The notes under the pieces were generated by a model that was not told where the DNA came from, searched no databases, and worked only from the letters and a program-made list of their open reading frames with translations. This document shows positions 53,401 through 64,000 of a DNA stretch of 64,000 nucleotides, piece by piece. The stretch comes from Fimbriosthenelais zetlandica (Eukaryota). Numbering within the stretch: the stretch's first letter is position 1; each line of letters starts with the position of its first letter. Both the position numbers and the translations under genes were made by a program. The stretch lies in NCBI GenBank assembly GCA_977030845.1, contig OZ365116.1, forward strand, positions 15,376,001 through 15,440,000. Direction: 5' to 3'.

Positions 53401-56400
53401 CTCCTACCCACCCCCCTCACAACAATAATAGATACATCCTTACAGATGATAGGGTTCATATAGGTTGAGTTTGTGTTTCCATGTGATATGGCAACAGAGG
53501 GCTAGTTTCAATCAGGATCCAATGTAAGGCTTTTTTCAAATCCTAATAAAGAGAGCCGTGGACAATTATAGGAGAGCCAGCTTAAAAATGCAGCTCCAGA
53601 AATCTTCCGATAACCAATGCCATGCTACCTCGCAAAACCCTGATAGTTTTTATCCAAACAGGGATTAAATACATATAACGTTGTAAAACTAAATGTGAAA
53701 TTGAATCTACATACGATATACAATATTTGGAAGCCCATGCATGCAACCTTTACATTATAGAGAACATACCTATACATGCTGGCAGCGAGGAGATAGAGGA
53801 AAAATGGAACTAGAGCCTTTTGCAAATCATTAGCTTGACTTAAGCACGCAAAAGACAAATGATCCCAATATTGATCCTCCGACCAAAGACTAGTGGGCAC
53901 CAGACACGTCGATGCCCAATTCTGCGAGCATGTATATCTCTTTTCTTTCACAATGACCACACAATGACAAATGACTAGGACATCCGTTTTCAAAGTCAAG
54001 GAGAGGTTGAGTCCTGCCATTTGGTCAGGAGAGCAATACGTATAACAGAGCGATGTACTGATTACAAAAGAACAACAAAAGAAAAAGAAAAATCAATGAA
54101 ACGTGGTTTGAAAAAGGGGGAAATGGCATGAAATAAAATAATATAGGAGGTAAGATTTTTACTATATAGAATACTGTCTTTTGACCAATATCAATGAATA
54201 TTTCTGGAAATATTGATAGGGAGCTTTTGGTCCCTGAACTTATATTTTTAGGGGTAGTTTTGCGAGTTCTATTTAGTGGCAATAGACGACCAGTTGGTCG
54301 CAATAATATGGCCTGAATATCAGCTGAGTTCTTCTGCCTATGAAGCTCTACCTCTCCTTAAACAGCCCAGCAACAGACGGCCTCGTCCTGGCTGGCGCTG
54401 GGTGGCTGGCATCCCTTTCTACAGCCCATCATTGTTTCCCAATCATTAAACTAGGAAATATCAATAGAGAGGACTGGTGCTTGCAGGAGGAGAAAGAATG
54501 ACATTCAAACTGTGGAAATTACATTAGGCGAGTCAAAAACTCTCCACTTCAATCTCACATCCAACAAAGCATTGATTTTTAATAAACTGATCTATTATTA
54601 AAGGGAATAAGTGAGCTTCCAAATGGTGGAGTATTAATGCTCAATGATGGGCAAAAGAACTTATTGTCTGTATGTGCCCCCAAGTAGAATAGATAGATCT
54701 TCTATAGAAGGAAGGCCTCACAATTAAGAGAGATTTATGGCACAGCTAGTGGAATTATCCCGTGAAACCAGAGGCTTCCACTGCCATTCCTGCACTAGTA
54801 GAAATCTGCCTAGATCTTCAGAAAAACACCAGAAAGACCTCCCATATCTGCCTGCAGGGTGTTTAGCGCAATGTGGAATGGAGTAATGGGTTGGTGGGGG
54901 AGGTAGTGGTGGAAAGTGAGAGGTAGATGCAATAAATCCAGCCTTATCGCGGGGTGGGATGGGCCAGTAATTACCCACAAATTAATTGAAATGTTGAGAG
55001 AGGATGTGAGTTACATTTTTTCCATTGTTCGCGGAGAGAGGATAATGCCTATAAGTTTTTCTCATGCTGTAATATTGGTACTTGTAATTTGTTTATTGAC
55101 CTTGTACAGTCTTGTAGCCGCATTGCGGGTGGCCATGCTGTGCCGACTCATTGTCTTATCAGCCTGCTCTCTGACCAGTGGAGGGGTGTTGGTGGTGGGT
55201 CGGCCATGGAACTTGGCAATGGGGTTGGATAAGAGAGGAGCAGGAGTGGAAGGAAGGTGCCACGTAAATACACAATCCATCACCTTTGTAACTGCTCCGA
55301 GATGAGGCGTGTGCAACCACGTGGACACGCCTCAAATTGAGACTGATGCCCCCTATTGTTCGCCTGCGGAAACAACGGCGCCTGCAGTAGCTGATAAGCA
55401 ATTGAGTGTAATTAAAAGGCGTTTCGGGCTCACTAATTAACGTGACGGGCATTTTAACACAATTCATGCCGATAGTAAGACAGGAGCCTTCACTGGTTAC
55501 AGATTAATGGCCAGTCAAGTCTCCCTCACACCCCCTTCCAATAATGACTCCATCTCCTTTGTGAGGGAATTTATATACATATGAAAGGCATTCATGGCTA
55601 TCACCTTGTGTGTGGGCAGGAGGCATAGCTCCCAGAACAGCCCATAAAAAGAGAACTTCAATTCATCAATGAAGGTGGAAGCGGAAGTCTCCATGCAAAG
55701 CCTCTGTTGAGATCAAAGATTTGCAGCTGGGAAGAGGGTGATAATTTGGGTGGAAATATGCCATTTGCTTAACAATTCCTCCCTGATGGCCTATGAGGGA
55801 AGATAAATGACAGCCATAGCAGATTGTCAGCAGGTTGGTGGTGGAGACAGTTTCAACTTGATCTGTATAATTTAAAACTCTGTCATATATAGTAAGATGG
55901 GACTAAACCGAATCCTTCATAAAGCCACAACTAGGCAGTCCCACTTTATGAACCTCCCAATCAATGACGCAAAACAGATGTAAATTGTGGAGACAACAGA
56001 AGGGGCCTTCCTCTATTGATTCCTGCATTCAAATCATGACAAAGAGTTCCAATAAATCTCCAGAGAAGCTCCCACAAAATTATCTCTTCTTGTATTTGAG
56101 ACAGACATGTACACGTGTACGTAATACAAACTATTACCAGGGCCAAGCTTATATCAGCTGATCATCCCTTGAATATTATTCTTTTATTGTTCATCTTGTT
56201 AGGGACAATAAAATCAACTACTTATAAATGTTTGGACAAATAATGTGAAAATTATTTACAGGATCATCGGGTGAAAGAACCTGCATTTTTCCCTGGCTCT
56301 ACATCAAGTAGAGAGGTTTGGGACAATATGCTTTCATGCATGACTAACTTTGTTGTTTAAAGATGAGACACTTCAACCCTTTCCTTACATCAGTACAGGG

Positions 56401-59400
56401 TTTTGCTATACCAGAGACATCAACCTAAAAGGAATGGACAGGTCTCAAGCCCTAAGTCATAGGGTTGTATGTTGGTCACCTCTGCACTCCAGTCCATACA
56501 TGCCCTTGGTAAGGGCCATGGGCCTGCCCCTACAAAGACAGGGTCCCAGACCCTGGTTGACCCTAACTTGCTTTGCTCCAACCAGCACTTAAGAGCTACT
56601 CTCAGTTGGAAAGAAGCCCTCCTGAAGCCCAAGCTGGAAATGTGCTCCATCGATTCTCGAGACTACTCCCAGGGCATAATTCCTGCTTGATTTCTTTCTG
56701 CGGCGAAAAAAAACCAACTCAATAGAGCAATCGAGGTAAATAAGAAAGTCCATAAAGATAAAATGGCGATGTGATTTTTGGTCCTATCGCCATGGGGTGA
56801 TATACTAACTCGTTTAGCACCGGAGTTTTGAGTTTAACTGGTTGTGGGTACACTTCCAACGAGAGGACCCGGGGGCGACAAACGACAGTCTTAATCGCTC
56901 TGCCGGCGATGTGTTTTATCCTGCCACAAAGCAGGCAGATGGCTTGCTTTTTACTCTGTGGTAAGTTAAACAAGGATTATGGCTTCGTGGTTACTGTACA
57001 GAGAGCTTCAGAGATCGAAAAACAATACTTCTTGCCCTGTACTCTTAGAAATGGGTTTGTGACATGGTCTTCATGTTCAAGGACATATATGATAATGGGG
57101 TAAAACATTCGTTCAGGAATGGCAGATAAAAAGGCAATAAGTTCCCCTTGACCAAAAAGAGCATTAACTGCATGGGAATCTATGCCCAGCCATAAAGGAA
57201 GGAAAGCTGGTCACTTGCATAGATATTCACCTAATAGGGGTTTCTTACTGAAAAAAATGGTATAGGAGCAACTTTAGCTAGAACAAGTTTTTAAATTCTC
57301 GACCACTTCTAGTCATTTAACCGAGGAAATGGATCATTTCTAGAGTCATTTCACTCATACAATAGTATGTTTCATACCTGATACTATAGATTCTAGATCT
57401 AATGAAAAGCTTTGACTGGAAAGTAACCAAGTTGCAAACTAATCCGCTGACACAAAAGCCAGCCATCAGTCAGTCACAGGTCTAGAGCTACTCATTCAAT
57501 CTTCAGGCCTATATAGGGACAGTGTTAAACAGTAAAAGGGCAATGTTAACTCGCCTGTAAAGATGCAATAACCTGTAGCCTTGCCCAGGGCCAGAATGAG
57601 TAGAAGCCTTCTATGTCAGTTTACTAGGGCACAATGAAAAGGCACACCTCGATAAAGCTCTTGAGGAGAAATATACAGCTAAAATAGATCTAAGTGTCTA
57701 TCAATATGGCCCTCACTATAGTGATAAATTATATAAAAATAGCAGTACTTCAAAACTGACTCATTTCAAAAGCTATATATATTCCTCAATTTCATCAAAG
57801 ACAATATTTTAGACGAGGTTCAGATGTGTGTAATGGGAATGGTCAGCATCATTCATTTCTTGGACATTTTGACAAGACTTCTGCAGGAGCTGATACAGCA
57901 GAAGAGACTACTCCTGGATGGAAATTGACTGTATGTCTTGGCCCTGTGGAGGTATAGAGGGGGCGGTAGTCTTTCAGACCTTATCATAAACTGGTGTTGG
58001 CTGTAACCATTCAGTCGTAAGACACAACATCATGAGGCTTCAAACGACCACTGCTACCCCAGGGGTCTACTCGTGTAACTCTAACCTAATAGGATGTCCC
58101 TGACAGGACTCCCTGCATACAAAGGTAACTAACATCTGGTACATATTGTTACAGTAAGGCAAGTATTAGCACACATGCAAAAACACTACATAGACGGCAA
58201 AAATAGAATTTTAAGTGCAAAGGTCAATGTCAAATGAGGCTAATGTCAAGTCAGTCTGTGACGCCTATCAGTAGACCTAACCCCAGCCATGCTTGTCTGT
58301 TAAACTGTCTGCCAACATGCCTGTCAATAAATACAAATATTTGTGGAAGGAAGATACTGAGAGGTATTAGTGTTAATAATAATTTGAAAAAGTGCAGGAT
58401 GTGTTCTGGAAGGGAAGAGGAAGTAGAATGTGCGCATGTGCACAGGAAGCGGAAGTGGAGCATTAGGAAATGCTCCTTGAAGAGGGTGTATTCAAGTATC
58501 TTCTTCCACAAATTTCTGTCACTGGATTAGACAGTGTATTATCTGGAAAATTCAAGAAATATAATGACTTACCATGATCAGGGAAGGATGGTGGTGGAGT
58601 GGCTTGCCTGGATGGACTCCCACAGTGGACGGGTGTCCATGACAGCCCAGCAAATCCTATACAACACAAAAAGAGATTAGCACACGAATATAAAACGATG
58701 CTTTCATGCCTGGAGAACAAAGGAATAATTGATATAGTAGGAGATAAGTTATTAGAAAGTGGCGAGAGGCTATAGTTGTGTTCAGACAAGCGAGTAGGGC
58801 ATGGAAAGTAATATTTGATGCTGGGGTGATGATGGGGTGATGCATTGCTGTAGCATTCAAGATGGACACTGCTATAGGTCCAAATATCCATATAAACAGA
58901 CCAAGGTACGAGAAGGGATAGAATTACCCAATATTTGTAATGGTGATAAAGATAAATTATATCATAGGATAAAGAGGAAAGAGGGTAATTGTTATGTTGA
59001 CAGCATAATATTGCCTGTAAAGTGAATCGGACACCAGCAGGGATTAGTGAGTTCATTTTTCATAGTAGGGATTTACATAGCCTATGAAGTTGGTGCGCTT
59101 TTTTCTCAAAATGGGAATATCAAAACCCATATGAGCCGGAGAGGATTTTATCTGAGAGATTTGCTTACTACTGAAAGGTCTTTTAATATTTGATGAATGG
59201 AAGTGTGTGTTGTTTTAGTATGATTGATAAGATATCTTATTTTCAGCTAGACCTCAGGATGACTAATCAATTTCTCTGTATCTTTGTGAGGTATAATTCT
59301 TCCAGATGAACATTTATTTCCATTTATGAACTCCTGAACCTCTTATGCTTATCTCCACCAAACATGGATGGTACATTATCGATATGAAAATCTGGCGTTC

Positions 59401-59933
59401 TGACACCACTGAGCATTACATATGGCTGTGAAATGAGAGATGAAGTAAGTGGGTTTCTGAGGAAGGACTTTAAAGGAACGGAAGGCCTGGAGGTATGTAT
59501 TAGGTTCTAACACTTCCCCTCTCACTACAGCCTGTGGAGGAAGCTGATAAGAGATTGGGTGTATAACCCTGTATCTCACTTATAATAAAGTCTTATTCCA
59601 TTCTGGAGCAATCAGTGCCCATAGCAGTCAATATACTAGTAAAATGGACTTCTTTATATTGTGGGTGGAATTTGGGCCATTTTCTGCTCAATTTCGGTGA
59701 ATTATCATTGAAAAAAATAGTCAGAGGCAATCTCGTAGGTGGGCAAGATGCTGCCTGCAATGTTCAAATTTGTTCCCTGCCCAGACAAAATAGTTCCTAA
59801 GATAGTTGCATATAGTGCTTGATGGTGGCTCTAGCACTGTTCTTCCCACACCTTTTAACTGAGATGGGTATTTATCACACAGAGAGAGACAGCTTTCATC
59901 ATAATAATACACACATCAGATGAAAGAGTGAAT

Positions 59934-59982
59934 GAGAGAGAGAGGGATGGAGAGAGAGAGAGAGAGACAGAGAGAGAGAGAG
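59934..59982. repeat. Imperfect (GA)n microsatellite
   Basis: Interrupted GA run seen directly. Confidence 0.9.
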
Positions 59983-62900
59983 CTAGAGACTTAGTAGAGG
60001 CTTTGGTGTGTGAGAGTTGATAGCCACATTGCACCTAAGGACTTCCATGTAATCACATAGATCTATACTCGACTCAGTACAATGCCTGGATAAATCATAC
60101 TTCAGACAACCTGGCCATCAGTTATAACATGAATTATATCCAGGCGCAGGCATGAGTTACGGCATAAATTAATATTACATTCATGCAATTATTCATACAT
60201 CAATTTGCTAGGGAATTCCTAACTATACGTATGAGATAATACCTAAACATGCCAAGAACTATTTTGACCAAAGTCATTGCTTGCAAGAAGCAAAGACCAA
60301 CCGATGTATAAATCGGCCGGGTGTATCCCGGTTGGGCAGCGATGTTCGTGGTGGGTCGAGGAAGAGATTAGCCGGATAATCTGAGGGCACTGTGTGATCT
60401 ATACAGCCTCCTAATCCGGCTCCACTCTGCCCTCTCCTCCCAACTTAAGAATATTTAGTTCTTTCCACTAATCTGAGTCTTAAATCAAAGACTCAGAAGG
60501 GAAGACCTTTCAGGCACAATAAATCTCTGAGGAAAACAGGCAGAAAAACGTCGCCATCGACTGGAGCGCCCGAAGAATCCCACATTATATCAGCCATGGC
60601 AGATTAAGAACTAAATCTTGTTCTCACTGGACTCCAAATACATCGTCAATGAGGCATGATTTTTGAATTGAGAATGTGGCTTGTTTAATGTGTATATACT
60701 GTATATTACCCCAGAGTTCAGAGCCAGGAGAAACTGGAGGAACTACCACAGATGCCTTGGCGTGCCGTCCCATGGCTTAAGTGGGTAAGCTACGCTAACA
60801 CGATTCCACCGCCAAACGAAGATCCATGAAAATCCTGCTCCTAGAGGGGATGCAAATAAGGGCGGGAGCGGTCAGAAACTGCGCATCCTCAGACATGAGA
60901 CGAAAGGTAAGAAAGAGAGAGAAGGGGGGTATACTCAGAGCCACCGTGTCTGTAAGCAGGGAATTCACAGATTCAATGTATAGGGCAGCTTTGATGTGGC
61001 ATATTATGAGAGAATGTCACAGAGTGTAGCTGTGATGGCTTAGGTGGGGTGAGAGGGGTGGTGATATAGGGGGTTTAACCTTTCTCCAGGGTCAGCCAGG
61101 AATGGGACACATAGCGGATAAAAGCACCTGAGCAGATCCCACGCTCAGCCGGGAGGAGGTGGGCTGTGAGGGAGCTGCTCGTTTATCAGGGATGAGCATA
61201 TCACAAGTAGGGAGTGGGTACTGCTCACAAAGCTACAACACACCCACTCAGGCAATATTTTATATTCTGACATTTATTTTAAGGTTTCTTATAAGGTTTT
61301 GATTTCACATTAATTCATTCAATTACAACTGATTGCTTAGACAATCATAGCAGAAAGGTCATAGCAGAAATCGCATCAAATCTTAAGCAAGAACACAGAA
61401 TAGTTTCAAGCTTAATGTAAGCCGACTCTTCTACCTTATGGGCGAGAAAAATCAGAGGAGGAAGGTTGTACAGATATACTAAATAGTGAAATTTCAAGGC
61501 ACCTTACCTGTATGATGAACATCGTCTAATGGTGTGCATATAGATGTGTAGAAGAATGTACGAGGATCAAACGTCTGAAAAAACGGATGAATAATGTGGT
61601 TAGGACAGAGTTAAAAATACATGGAAGCTTTTAAATGTAGAAATATGAATATGCAGATTCCTATTACTTGCGCCATTATGGGAAGATTACATAGTGAAAT
61701 TTGTGTCCAATGTATACATGTAAAGGAGCTCTTAATGGGATAATCATAATTACCTGTGAAATGAACTTTTCTGTACAGTCAGTAATGTTCAGACAAAGGC
61801 ATGATGTCAGCATCAGGGGAATCTGAAAAATATAAGAATAGAAGAAAATTATTTTCGTTGTCAAACATTCTTTATATTCAGAACTTTATTACTACAAAAA
61901 AAATATTTAAAAGCTGGTGGACAATTTCCCTTGAAACATGGGGAATCTAACCTTGTTAGGCGACACCCTAGATAAGATAGATTCCCATTGAATTATATCA
62001 CAGGAGAAAAGCAGAATCGATCGACACCTTCTACTGAAGCTTTTGTGGACAAGATGCAAGGACATGATGAGAGGGATGAGAAAGGGCAGAGAGATCCTAC
62101 TATAGACACTCCGACCAACACTCCTCATCCATGCCACAGATCATTTTTAGGTGACAAATTGATATTTGACCACTAGCTAGGAATCTGAGAAACCGTCTAT
62201 ATAGAAAAAATCCAAAATGTAATATATTGCCAGGCACAGGGCACACATAAATTGTAAGCTATTTATATTTCCTATGGGGAGAGCAAGGTTAAAATATGTT
62301 ACCCCTAAAACAATTTATTTTCCGAATTCCACCAACTAAACTATATTTCTTTGGACTGTGCTGTCTGTGCGGCAAGTTCGCTGGCACCTCGGAAAGTAAA
62401 AAATATGCCCAGACTTTGTGATGTCAGACATAAATCAAATTCCGATATCTCCTCAGGCACAGTTGTCCACGTGATATTAAGTAACCAGTATTAAATTAAC
62501 TATAAGCAGTTGGTGACCCACTGGCAACGTGCTCTCACAAATGTCATAGGTACTTTAGCTATGGCTGGCCAATCTGTGCCAACCAACACAGACACTGCCT
62601 CCCAGCCAGACGTACCTACTACCTACCACCCACCATGTACTCCCAGCTAAAAATAATCACTCCCACATACCTAGATTATCAACTTAGTATATTGAAACAG
62701 TTATACTGATCTACAGCCAGCATATAAATATATTTGTAAATGATTTAAGCAATGCCTTTAATACACTTACTATTTGTTGACTTCAACTTTAATATCTTGT
62801 CAGGTAGGAATCAATCAGGCAGAAAACTTCAGAATAATACCGGGCCATATCACTTTCCTTGCCGGTGTGACTTTTAAACACAGTTTGGAGGAAATAGGTT

Positions 62901-64000
62901 TGTTCAAGATGGCGTGAAACCGATCACCATCTGTTTATTTCACGTGGTTGGGTCTGGCTCATATTGCCTCTGTTCTTGCCAATTTCCTGGCGAAATTTTC
63001 CCTTTTTATCCCATCTAATTGACTGGGGTGCAATTTTGTGATTAGTTTAAAAATGTGAAAAACAACACATGAAGTAAAAATTGACAACAGCATGGACAAA
63101 AGAAGAAGAACAAACAAGAACCAAACATGAATATCACCGTCTGATATTAGTTTCAATATTTGGTCTTATGAAACATCAGAGATGCTTCTCTACAGACGAA
63201 TCTAATCTGAGGGGTAAAAACAACATTTTACAGGCAATAACCTTCTGCTAAAACAATCTGGAGCATTAATAAAGGAGCCTTGAGCTTCAATAAAGGCGAT
63301 GGAAGCACTTGCCCAGCTCTTAATTATCAGTCCATTAGTGATCCTCTCCTAAACTCTTCCTCTCTTTATTACACATAATTGCGAGGTGGACAGCCTCGAC
63401 CCCACTTCCCCCACCTTCCCCTAGATCCTTCCCAGCAATACCTGACAGTGCCAAACTCAAGATTAAAAGAATGTCTCCAGGGGATAGAGTATTCATTGTT
63501 CATCATATAAGGACAGAGAAACTGGCCAGTAATGGGGACAGGAGGCCAATTACTGTGTGATTTACTCGGGGATTTACTCTTGGCTCCTTACGTCCTTGGA
63601 TCAAGGACGGAAACTTGAAGTCTTGGTAGAAACAAATGCATTAACTGTTCACAAAAAGTCCCAAGAAGAAGTAGACCAGAAAAATAATCTGTAAATGTAT
63701 TCACATGGGAGTAAAGTCTATGGTAATTTGTGTGGTCTGTTGACAGGTATTTATTATGTAGATGGAGGTGGGAACAAAAGAAGAAGAGTGTAAATTGTCT
63801 CCTCCAGCAGGCCTTCATAACACTGAGTGAGAGCAGCTCGCGGAATGAACTAATATGCTCAAGTAATGATCCAGAAATTACCCCAATGAGGGGGAACCGT
63901 TGATTATATTTTCAACTAATAGAGACATTCAAAAAGATTAGGAAATGTGTGATTCATACGAGAATGTAAGACTATATCTATATAGATCTGTACTATAGAT

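Noticed and set aside
58431-58457. NRF1-like plus ETS motif pair (TGCGCATGTGCA, CGGAAGTG) as a housekeeping promoter
   Set aside because: No CpG island or downstream gene, and it lies in probable LINE-derived sequence.
58463-59056. 197-aa minus-strand ORF
   Set aside because: Composition is biased to Ser/Leu/Tyr/Pro as expected for the antisense of purine-rich sequence, with no domain motifs.
59741-59762. miR-31-like sequence GGCAAGATGCTG
   Set aside because: Only 12 nt match and there is no complementary star arm forming a precursor hairpin.

Overview
This is eukaryotic genomic DNA: AT-rich, intron-containing and most likely from an invertebrate animal (inferred from gene content and intron layout). 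It is not a prokaryotic locus. There are three credible protein-coding genes. Two are tandem, minus-strand, metazoan-type alkaline phosphatase paralogs whose exons I rebuilt by hand from GT-AG junctions: ALP-B is complete (11 exons, 4381-8806, 566 aa, signal peptide plus GPI signal) and ALP-A has 10 exons in view (78-3692), with its last exon beyond the left edge. The third is a single-ORF GT92/DUF23 type II glycosyltransferase (47757-49190, +). About 39 kb (8.8-47.7 kb) and the last ~15 kb hold no convincing coding sequence, only mini/microsatellites, very decayed retroelement-like pieces and a few hairpins. The best-supported unusual observations are: (1) an apparently identical-copy A-B-A-B'-a templated rearrangement at 27.07-28.03 kb, borrowing a segment from 1.5 kb upstream, with short junction microhomologies; (2) a 933-bp non-autonomous element with 15-bp TIRs and a 5-bp TSD (hAT5-like) just after the GT92 stop, containing the first downstream AATAAA; (3) different second-shell active-site substitutions in the two ALP paralogs (Asp to Gly before the catalytic Ser in ALP-B, His to Leu in the DHSH motif of ALP-A); (4) a duplicated splice donor in ALP-B. 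I found no evidence of a wholly novel multi-gene system.
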